Of a stretch of 64,000 bases of DNA, positions 29,158-36,521 are shown in pieces (position 1 is the stretch's first letter; every line of letters starts with the position of its first letter). The DNA is from an uncultured Caulobacterales bacterium (GTDB lineage: Bacteria > Pseudomonadota > Alphaproteobacteria > Caulobacterales > Maricaulaceae). Location: NCBI GenBank assembly GCA_964524065.1, contig CAZGCB010000001.1, forward strand, positions 16,006-80,005, given 5' to 3'. The position numbers were made by a program, and so were the translations under genes. Below the pieces are notes generated by a model that did no database searches, had not been told where the DNA came from, and saw only the letters and a list, made by a program, of their open reading frames with translations.

Positions 29158-29706
29158 CTAACCGAAGCGGTCATCATGCGGATCGATCAGGATATCGTCG
29201 CTGAACACGCAGTGTTCGGCGGCAGGCGCGTCAGGCAAAAAGCTGCGGCGGATGTCGGTCGGCTCGGGATTAAATCGGCCGTTTTCAAACCAAATCAGGC
29301 CTGACACGTCGCGCATTTGATAGACAAACGCGTCGTAATCAGGCCGAAAACGCCAGCGTTCAGCCGCCGCCGCCACGCCGCGCTCCAAAACCGGTTGGCC
29401 AAGCTGATTGCGCGCGTCGCGGGTGACGCAGCAGGCGCGCACATTGTCTGTCGTCCCATCCGTCAGCACATCGAACACGAGGCGACACGTCCCCTCGACG
29501 CGCACGCCGGGCGCGATCTGTGTGGTCTGAGCCGGCGCAATGTAACGGAGCAGCTCCGGAACCGCGGCGCCGTCCGGCGCCGCCACGTCTATGCGTGGCG
29601 CATCGAGATCTACCGGGATGCGCGCCCGATCCGCCGGATGCGCCGCGGCCCCCGCGCCCAACAGAGCACTGACCGCAAGGGCCCAGAACCAAATCCGCCG
29701 CGTCAT
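29158..29706 (-). CDS. Secreted hypothetical protein, possibly with a TonB-C-like fold
   Basis: Signal peptide MTRRIWFWALAVSALLGAGAAA. The segment EGTCRLVFDVLTDGTTDNV...AAAERWRFRP resembles the TonB C-terminal pattern. Its start overlaps the ffh stop (4 nt). Confidence 0.5.
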   Translation of the reverse strand: MTRRIWFWALAVSALLGAGAAAHPADRARIPVDLDAPRIDVAAPDGAAVPELLRYIAPAQTTQIAPGVRVEGTCRLVFDVLTDGTTDNVRACCVTRDARNQLGQPVLERGVAAAAERWRFRPDYDAFVYQMRDVSGLIWFENGRFNPEPTDIRRSFLPDAPAAEHCVFSDDILIDPHDDRFG

Positions 29707-31382
29707 TTCCCACCCCGCGGAAAACCCTTGGGCAGGCCGTCGGGCCCGAGCTCGATGTCGCCCGCCCCCGGCAAACCCGGCAAGCCGCCGGCATTGGAGC
29801 CCGGCAGTCCCGGCAGCCCTTGACCGCCTGCGCCAGGCAGGCCAGGCATGGCGCCGCCGCCGGGAAGCCCTGGCATAGCGCCGCGGCCGCCCTTGCCCTT
29901 GCGTGGTTGGCCCTTGGCGCGGCCTTTGCCCTTTTGGCCCTTGGCTTTGCCGGTGACGGCGCGGCCGCCGCCCAACGCCCCACCTTGCCCCAAAGCCGCT
30001 AAGGCCGCCGGGTCCGGCAAGCCAGCCTCAGCCCCGCCCGCGGCGCCGGAGAGGGCGCCCATCATGCCGCCAAACGGGCCTTTGCCCTTGCCCATGCCTT
30101 TGACCATGTCCGCCATCTGGCGATGCATTTTCAGCAGCCGGTTCACGTCCGCCACTTGCGTGCCGGAGCCGGCGGCGATGCGTTTTTTGCGCGAGGCCCG
30201 CAGGAGGTCCGGCTCGGCCCGCTCCTTCGGCGTCATGGAGGAGATGATGGCCTCCTGACGTTTCAGCTCGCGATCATCCATGCCCATGGCGGCGGCGCCC
30301 TTCATTTTGCCGGCGCCCGGCAGCATCCCAAGCATGGCGCCAAGGCCGCCCATTTTCTGCAATTGACGCAGCTGGCCGGCCATATCGTCCAGGTCGAACT
30401 TGCCCTTGGCCATTTTCTTGGCGAGCTTTTCGGCCTGGGCTTGGTCGGCGGTTTCAGCGGCCTTCTCCACCAGGGAGACAATGTCGCCGCGGCCCAAAAT
30501 GCGCCCGGCGATGCGGCGTGGATCAAAGGGCTCGAGGCCGTCGAGTTTCTCACCCACACCCAACAGCTTGATGGGCAGTCCCGTGACGGCGCGCATGGAC
30601 AGCGCCGCGCCGCCGCGGCCATCACCGTCCACACGCGTCAGCACCAAGCCCGTCAGCGGCAAGCGCTCATGGAAGCGCTGGGCTGTCTCTACCGCGTCCT
30701 GACCGGTGAGGCTGTCAGCCACCAAGAGGATTTCATGCGGATTGGCGACGGCGGAAATGGCGGCGGCTTCCGCCATCATGTCTTCATCGATGGAGGTGCG
30801 CCCGGCCGTGTCGAGGATGACGACGTCCTGCCCGCCCAGTTGCGCGGCCGACATGGCGCGCTTGGCGATGTCCACGGCTTGCTGGCCGGGAACAATCGGG
30901 AGGAAATCCACCTCCGCCTGACCGGCAAGGGTTTTCAGCTGCTCCATCGCCGCCGGACGGCGGGTGTCGAGCGAAGCCAGCAGAACCCGCTTGCGCTCCT
31001 TCTTCAGGCGCTTGGCGATTTTGCCGGCTGTGGTGGTTTTACCCGAGCCCTGCAGGCCCGCCATCATAATCACGGCCGGTGGCGTCACCTCGACATTGAG
31101 GCCAGTGGCCGCGTCCTCCCCGCCCAGCATGTCCACGAGGGCGTCATGGACGATTTTGATGACTTGCTGGCCCGGCGCGACGGCGCGGATCACCGCCTCG
31201 CCCACGGCTTCGGTTTTCACCGTGGCGATGAAACCCTTCACCACCGGCAGCGCGACATCCGCCTCCAACAGCGCCACACGCACCTCGCGCAGGGCCGCCT
31301 CGACATCCTTTTCCGACAGCGCGCCGCGCCCGGTGAGGTTGTCAAAGACGCCGCCAAGGCGCTCGGAGAGAGTGTCGAACAT
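29703..31382 (-). CDS. ffh: Signal recognition particle protein Ffh (SRP54)
   Basis: GLQGSGKTTT, DTAGR, Met-rich M domain, Gly/Pro/Lys-rich tail with GLPG repeats. Confidence 0.95.
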   Translation of the reverse strand: MFDTLSERLGGVFDNLTGRGALSEKDVEAALREVRVALLEADVALPVVKGFIATVKTEAVGEAVIRAVAPGQQVIKIVHDALVDMLGGEDAATGLNVEVTPPAVIMMAGLQGSGKTTTAGKIAKRLKKERKRVLLASLDTRRPAAMEQLKTLAGQAEVDFLPIVPGQQAVDIAKRAMSAAQLGGQDVVILDTAGRTSIDEDMMAEAAAISAVANPHEILLVADSLTGQDAVETAQRFHERLPLTGLVLTRVDGDGRGGAALSMRAVTGLPIKLLGVGEKLDGLEPFDPRRIAGRILGRGDIVSLVEKAAETADQAQAEKLAKKMAKGKFDLDDMAGQLRQLQKMGGLGAMLGMLPGAGKMKGAAAMGMDDRELKRQEAIISSMTPKERAEPDLLRASRKKRIAAGSGTQVADVNRLLKMHRQMADMVKGMGKGKGPFGGMMGALSGAAGGAEAGLPDPAALAALGQGGALGGGRAVTGKAKGQKGKGRAKGQPRKGKGGRGAMPGLPGGGAMPGLPGAGGQGLPGLPGSNAGGLPGLPGAGDIELGPDGLPKGFPRGGK

Positions 31383-31548
31383 AGAGGCTCCCGGATAACG
31401 CAGTTACCCCGCCGGGCGAGCCTTCGCCGGGCGGGGTGCCAGGTTGGTAACCATGGCGGGCTGACCCGTCAACGGAAAATCGGGGCGGTCAGCCTCCCGG
31501 CCGCACAGTCTTGCTTAATTTTGTGAGACTGGCAGGCCTGGCTCGCGG

Positions 31549-31887
31549 CTAACCCGCCCGCAGTCGCTTCAGCAAGGCCGGCAGGCGCACCACCGCCCAG
31601 GCCGCTGTCACGATGTTGCCGAGGAAAAAGACGGGGACCGCCCAGGCGAGGCCAACCCAAAGCTTGCGCTCAAACGCGAGGATGATCACCGCGAAAATGA
31701 AGAAGCCGACATAAAGGTCCACCAGGCTCACCACGCCCCATTCGGTGGCCATGAACCGGTTCAGCTCGGACGCAAAGCCGCCCTCGCCAGGGATCCGCCA
31801 CACCGGATCGCCCGTGATCTCCGCAAAAATATAATACGCCAGCGCCAGCCCCAGAGCGGCGATCACGGCGCGCAACACATGCAGCAT
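31549..31887 (-). CDS. Small integral membrane protein (DUF1475-like)
   Basis: About 112 aa with 3-4 hydrophobic helices. Preferred start MLHVLRAV at 31887. Confidence 0.5.
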   Translation of the reverse strand: MLHVLRAVIAALGLALAYYIFAEITGDPVWRIPGEGGFASELNRFMATEWGVVSLVDLYVGFFIFAVIILAFERKLWVGLAWAVPVFFLGNIVTAAWAVVRLPALLKRLRAG

Positions 31888-32019
31888 GGGAACCCCCGAT
31901 GTCAGATCATCGTGCACCTATACGCAGCCTGGCGTTGTCCGGTTCGCCACGCCAGGCGGCTCAAGGCGCCGGCTCACGGTGCGACGCAAACGCCTGGACA
32001 TCGGCCGCAAGGGCGCGGC

Positions 32020-32811
32020 TCACGCCTGCGGAATGCGCGCGATGTAAAAGCCATAGCTGATGTAAGCGGCGAAGCGTTCATAGAGCGCGATCTCCGCCTG
32101 CTCGGCCGCCACAAGGGCCTGCGCCGCCTCGGCCGCGTCCGATCCCGCATGACGGGTCAAAAACGCCGCGAAGCGCTCCTGCAAAGGGCGGTAATACGCA
32201 TCCAGCCAGCATGTCTGGGGCAATGAAAAATAGCCCAAGGGCTCATAGCCTTGCCCCTCCAGCACGGCGATTTTCGCCGCCGCGGTGTCCACTTCGGGGT
32301 ATGCGCGCACCCAATGCTCGGTCAGTTCTGCGGGACGCTCGCGCGTCAAAAACGTCAACTCCGACACCGCCAACACGCCGCCCGGCTTCACAAAGCGCCG
32401 CCAGCGGCGCACCCCCTCAGCAAAACCGAGATTGTAAATCGCGCCCTCAGCCCAAATGGCGTCGAGGCTCTGCGGCTCAAAAATCAGATCCTCCATGGAG
32501 GCGCAGAGCGGACGGATCCGCGCGCCGAGCCCGGCCCTCTCGGCGCGTTGCTCCAGTTCCCGCAAAAATGCCGGCGCGAAATCCACCGCGATGATGTCGG
32601 CGTCCAGCGCCTCGGCCAGCACCAGGGTGGCGGCGCCCGTCCCGCACCCCATATCCGCGATGGTGAGATTGGGGCGCCCGGTCAGCCCGGACAATTCGAT
32701 CGCGCGACGAGTTTCAGCCGCGCCGCCGGGGCCCTGGCGCCAGCCACCGCGATGCAGGTCGATCAGCAGCGTGAGATCATCCATAGGCGTTGCGGACGAA
32801 CCGCCTCTCAC
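32020..32811 (-). CDS. Class I SAM-dependent methyltransferase
   Basis: IADMGCGTGAATLVLAE motif I and GGVLAVSE. The start may be MDDL at 32784. Confidence 0.75.
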   Translation of the reverse strand: MRGGSSATPMDDLTLLIDLHRGGWRQGPGGAAETRRAIELSGLTGRPNLTIADMGCGTGAATLVLAEALDADIIAVDFAPAFLRELEQRAERAGLGARIRPLCASMEDLIFEPQSLDAIWAEGAIYNLGFAEGVRRWRRFVKPGGVLAVSELTFLTRERPAELTEHWVRAYPEVDTAAAKIAVLEGQGYEPLGYFSLPQTCWLDAYYRPLQERFAAFLTRHAGSDAAEAAQALVAAEQAEIALYERFAAYISYGFYIARIPQA

Positions 32812-32931
32812 AACAGCGTAAAGGGGTGGGACCTAGGGGCGTTGTCGCACGCCCCGATGTGACGGGCAGCCAATGCTGGGTCAGCCCCGCGCGGGGGTCA
32901 GCGTCGCGCGGGCCGCCCCGCGGAGCCACGC

Positions 32932-33363
32932 TTAATCGTCGCGGTGGACCTTTTCGCGCCGCTCATGGCGTTCTTGGGCCTCCAACGACAGGGTCGCGGT
33001 GGGCCGCGCCTCCAAACGGGCCACGCCAATGGGCTCGCCGGTTTCATAGCAATAACCGTATTCACCCTCATCAATACGGCGCAGAGCGGAGTCGATTTTC
33101 GAGATCAGCTTGCGCTGGCGGTCGCGGGTGCGCAGCTCCAGCGCGCGATCGGTTTCGGAGTTGGCCCGATCCACCAAATCCGCCAAAGGCGTTTGGTCCC
33201 GCTGCATATCGTCCAGCGTCAGCTTGCTTTCGGTGAGGATGTCCTGCTTCCACGCCAGCAGCTTACGCCGGAAATACTCCAACATGCGCGGGTTCATGAA
33301 AGGCTCGCCGTCGCCCGGACGGTAGTCGTCGGGAACTTCGCTGAAGTCTTCAGCTGCGCTCAT
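32932..33363 (-). CDS. dksA: RNA polymerase-binding transcription factor DksA (Cys-poor variant)
   Basis: Coiled-coil DxxDxA tip region (DLVDRANSETD) and YGYCYETGEPIGVARLEARPTATLSLEAQ. Confidence 0.85.
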   Translation of the reverse strand: MSAAEDFSEVPDDYRPGDGEPFMNPRMLEYFRRKLLAWKQDILTESKLTLDDMQRDQTPLADLVDRANSETDRALELRTRDRQRKLISKIDSALRRIDEGEYGYCYETGEPIGVARLEARPTATLSLEAQERHERREKVHRDD

Positions 33364-33440
33364 GATCCACCCCTATCCGTCCATCGATCGCCATTCATAT
33401 GGTCTGATTTCATCGCCTTGCACACACGCGCCGATGAATT

Positions 33441-33875
33441 TTACGTTACGTCCCGACCGCGTTTAGCCAGCTCGACGGCCGCGCGCAACTCAATGGCCCG
33501 CATCAACGCCGCCAAGTCGCCATCAAGGGCGCCAGACCGATCCCGCGCGCGCCCCGCCAACACCAAATGCTGCAGGGCGGACACCTCCGCCCCCGCGCCG
33601 CGCGACGTGAGCAACCCCTGTTGCAGCGCGTCCAACGCATCCAGCATAGCGGCCCCGCGGGCCGCCTCCTCACGCGCGTCCGGCGCCTCACCCTGCAACG
33701 CAAACACCGCTTGGGGATGCGATAGGGCGTTGACCGGCGCCGCCGGCGCGGCCCCGACCGCCGCATCCGGAGGCGGCGCCTTAAGAGCGGTGAACGCCCC
33801 CTCCATAGCGGCTGTACGGCGCGCGGGGGCGACCCGGCGCGGGGCGATGGGCGATGCGGGGGGCGGAATCTTCAT
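33441..33875 (-). CDS. fliX: Flagellar assembly regulator FliX
   Basis: 144 aa, Ala/Pro-rich, with C-terminal LAALMRAIELRAAVELAK. Divergent from flgI, the same arrangement as in Caulobacter. Confidence 0.65.
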   Translation of the reverse strand: MKIPPPASPIAPRRVAPARRTAAMEGAFTALKAPPPDAAVGAAPAAPVNALSHPQAVFALQGEAPDAREEAARGAAMLDALDALQQGLLTSRGAGAEVSALQHLVLAGRARDRSGALDGDLAALMRAIELRAAVELAKRGRDVT

Positions 33876-34142
33876 GATGCGCAGCTCTCACCTCCCCGCC
33901 ATCCTAACCGCCCAGCCATACGCCGCGCTTAAGCGGGACCCTCGCATTGCGCCGACCCCCTGCCCTGCCGCGGCGGCGCCGAACGCTCGGAAAATCCTGC
34001 CCATGGGCGCCCCATGCCGACCATAGCGGCCGCCGGCGTGACGCGGTCCGCCGCAGGGCGAGACTTACGCAACGCCTTGATGTCGTTTTGATGTCGCGGC
34101 GTGCGTGCGGGCGCCGCGTGGCCGGCCGGATGCGATCGGCGC

Positions 34143-34158
34143 TGGCCCGGCTTTCGCA
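34143..34158 (+). promoter_or_regulatory. Candidate sigma-54 (-24/-12) promoter of flgI
   Basis: TGGCCC-GGCTT-TCGCA has the correct GG/GC spacing relative to TGGCAC-N5-TTGCA. It lies 38 nt upstream of the flgI ATG. Confidence 0.55.
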
Positions 34159-34195
34159 TTGGTGCAGCGATCCAGTGGACGCAGCGGAGGCTGGC

Positions 34196-35314
34196 ATGAC
34201 GCGCGAAGGCATCGGAGGAGCGATACTCACCGCCATCGCGGCGCTCGTTCTGGCGGGCGCGGATGCGGCGGCCGACACGCGCATAAAAGACATCGCCGAT
34301 TTTGAAGGCGTGCGGGACAATCAGCTGGTGGGCTATGGGCTGGTGTTGGGCCTCAACGGCACGGGCGACAGTGTCGGCTCCACGCCCCAAACCCGTCAAA
34401 GTCTGGAGGCGCTGCTGGAGCGCTTCGGCGTCAACACCCGCGACGCCAACGTCAATCCGGCCAATGTGGCTGCGGTCATCGTCACGGCCAATCTGCCTAG
34501 CTTCGCCATGGCCGGCGCGCGGCTGGACGTCAGCGTCGCCACCACGGGAGACGCCAGCGATCTGTCCGGCGGCATGCTGCTCGCCACCCCGCTTCTGGGC
34601 GCGGACGGGCAAGTCTACGCCGTCGCCCAAGGCGCGGTGAACGCCAATGGCTTCAGCGCCGGCGGCGAGGGCGCCGCCATCATCCGCGACGTGCCCACCA
34701 CCGGCCGCATCGCCAACGGCGCCATTGTCGAGCGCGAGCTGCGTTATGATTTCGCGGGGCAAAACAGCATCCGCCTGGCTTTGCGCAATCCCGACTTCGC
34801 GACAGCTGGGCGCATGACGGCCGCCATCAATCGCTTTTTGGGCGGCCCGGCCGCGCGCGCGCTCAATTCCGGCGTCGTGCAAGTGACCCGTCCGGCCGCT
34901 TTGGAGGGCGATATGGTGACGTTGGTGACGGCGCTGGAACAGCTGCGCGTGGCCCCCGATCAGCCCGCGCGCGTGGTCATTGACGACGCTTCCGGCGTGG
35001 TGGTGATGGGCGCCAATGTGCGCGTCTCCACCGTGGCTATCGCCCAGGGCTCGCTCACCATCTCCGTCAGCGAAGCGCCGGTGGCCAGCCAGGCGCTGCC
35101 CGGCGCTCCTGGCGGCGAGACGCAAGTGCTGCCGCGCACCGAAGTGCTGGTGGAGGAAGCCATTGGCGGGCTGGCCGTCGTGGATGGCGGCGTGCCCCTC
35201 TCGGACTTGGTGGACGGCCTCAACGTCCTTGGCGTCGCACCGCGCGATCTCATCACCATCCTGCAAGCGTTGAAGGCCGCTGGCGCGCTGCAGGCGGAAA
35301 TCGAAGTCATTTAA
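34196..35314 (+). CDS. flgI: Flagellar P-ring protein FlgI
   Basis: Signal peptide then RIKDIADFEGVRDNQLVGYGLVLGLNGTGD. I chose the internal start at 34196 (GGAGG RBS); the track ORF starts at 33947. Confidence 0.9.
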   Translation: MTREGIGGAILTAIAALVLAGADAAADTRIKDIADFEGVRDNQLVGYGLVLGLNGTGDSVGSTPQTRQSLEALLERFGVNTRDANVNPANVAAVIVTANLPSFAMAGARLDVSVATTGDASDLSGGMLLATPLLGADGQVYAVAQGAVNANGFSAGGEGAAIIRDVPTTGRIANGAIVERELRYDFAGQNSIRLALRNPDFATAGRMTAAINRFLGGPAARALNSGVVQVTRPAALEGDMVTLVTALEQLRVAPDQPARVVIDDASGVVVMGANVRVSTVAIAQGSLTISVSEAPVASQALPGAPGGETQVLPRTEVLVEEAIGGLAVVDGGVPLSDLVDGLNVLGVAPRDLITILQALKAAGALQAEIEVI

Positions 35315-35355
35315 TCCCGACACGCCGCGCCTTTGCCCGCGGCCGGAGCACGCTC

Positions 35356-35676
35356 ATGGATCCGTTTGCACGTCTCAACTTCGTCCGCACCGAAAGCGTG
35401 ACCGCGCGCCCCGGCGCCGACGCGTCAAACGCCGCACGCGCCCGCGACGCCGCCGAAGCGTTCGAAACCTTCTTTCTCAGCCAGACCTTCGCCCAGATGC
35501 GCACGGACATTTCCGCGGAGCCGCCCTTTGGCGGCGGATCGGGCGAACGGGCGTTTCAGTCCTTTCTTAACGAAGCTTACGCAAAAGCTATCGTGCGCAG
35601 CGGCGGCGTGGGACTGAGCGATCGCTTGATGGCCGACATCCTCGCGCGCCAGGCGCAAGACGACGCGGGGCGCTAA
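35356..35676 (+). CDS. cheL: Rod-binding protein (FlgJ N-terminal domain / CheL-like)
   Basis: AAEAFETFFLSQTFAQM motif. Lies directly downstream of flgI. Confidence 0.75.
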   Translation: MDPFARLNFVRTESVTARPGADASNAARARDAAEAFETFFLSQTFAQMRTDISAEPPFGGGSGERAFQSFLNEAYAKAIVRSGGVGLSDRLMADILARQAQDDAGR

Positions 35677-35728
35677 GGCGCCCGGCCGATCACATTGGCG
35701 AGCATCCGCCGCGTTCAGGAGACGGATT

Positions 35729-36172
35729 ATGGCTTTGGCGGCGAACACGCCCGGTGAACGGGTGGAGCACTTAATGGCCCTCACCGAAAGGCTGCGCACC
35801 CTGGTGGAGCGCGAGACGGCGTTGTTTGAAGCGCGCCGGCCGGAGGAAGCTGAAACCTTCCGCGATGAGGCGGCCAGCCTCGCCAAGCTGTATCGGCTGG
35901 AATGCGCCCGCATCGCCCAAGACCCGGGTTTGGTGAGCGGAGCGTCCGAGGCGCGCCGCGATGCGCTTCGTCAGGAGACGGAGCGTTTGCACCGCGCCCT
36001 GGACACCCACCAACAAGCCGTCGCGGTGCTCAGCACCCTCACCGAAGGCTTGGTGCGCGCCATCGCCGATCATGTTGCGACCGAGCGCACGCGCGTCGGT
36101 CGCTACGGGCCCAGCGGCGCGCAAGGCGCACACGACAGCCATGCCGCCATCACCCTCGATCGCACCACCTGA
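35729..36172 (+). CDS. Flagellar-operon helical protein (FlbY/FlgN-like)
   Basis: 147-aa protein predicted to be helical, third gene after flgI-cheL. This position matches flbY in the Caulobacter flgI operon. Confidence 0.5.
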   Translation: MALAANTPGERVEHLMALTERLRTLVERETALFEARRPEEAETFRDEAASLAKLYRLECARIAQDPGLVSGASEARRDALRQETERLHRALDTHQQAVAVLSTLTEGLVRAIADHVATERTRVGRYGPSGAQGAHDSHAAITLDRTT

Positions 36173-36395
36173 ACCCAACACGGCGTTTAAGCCCATCCGC
36201 ACACGCGACGTTTCGCCTCAGAGGTGAAGCCCGCTGCAGCGTGGACAAACGCCAATCGGCATGACTCCGCACTCTGATGAAGCTGTGGAAAACGGCCACT
36301 CTCCGCTCGCATACATTAAGTCATGGGGCTAGGGTTGACATGCGCTGGTTGACGGCTGGGTCTTGCAACGCGCCCTAACCAGACATCGCCCCCTT

Positions 36396-36427
36396 GACGG
36401 CGAGCTTCGGCTCGCCGTCTTTCTCTT
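36396..36427 (+). terminator. Rho-independent terminator-like hairpin
   Basis: GACGGCGAGC-TTCG-GCTCGCCGTC (10-bp perfect stem, tetraloop) followed by TTTCTCTT. Confidence 0.55.
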
Positions 36428-36521
36428 CGGTTCGTGCTTGACTGGGGCCGAAGCGCCCAAAGCATAGCTGCAGGACCCACGCCGAACCGGCGCCAGACGG
36501 CGGCGCCGACGCCGACCGCGC

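Noticed and set aside
29703-30010. Roughly 100-residue Gly/Pro/Lys-rich C-terminal tail of Ffh with GLPG repeats
   Set aside because: As I recall, low-complexity basic or Gly-rich tails after the M domain are common in alphaproteobacterial Ffh. It is probably lineage-typical rather than a novel fusion.
31407-31436. Strong GC hairpin (CCCCGCCGGGCG-AGCCTT-CGCCGGGCGGGG) between the DUF1475-like gene and ffh
   Set aside because: No U-tract follows it on either strand, so I cannot call it a terminator. It could be a terminator variant or an ffh leader structure. I noted it but did not annotate it.
32932-33363. DksA lacks three of the four zinc-finger cysteines (CYET ... SLEA instead of CxxC...CxxC)
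   Set aside because: As far as I recall, Cys-poor DksA proteins are a known natural variant (Pseudomonas DksA2, alphaproteobacterial DksA). The coiled-coil tip acidic residues are present, so this is probably the normal housekeeping form.
33929-35323. 464-aa minus-strand ORF overlapping flgI. The same reasoning covers 62077-63375 (minus, over the GT39 gene), 59630-60580 (plus, over the kinase) and 41337-42461 (plus, over neuB).
   Set aside because: Each is antisense to a CDS with clear family motifs, and each has the Arg/His/Gly/Ala bias of GC-rich non-coding frames.
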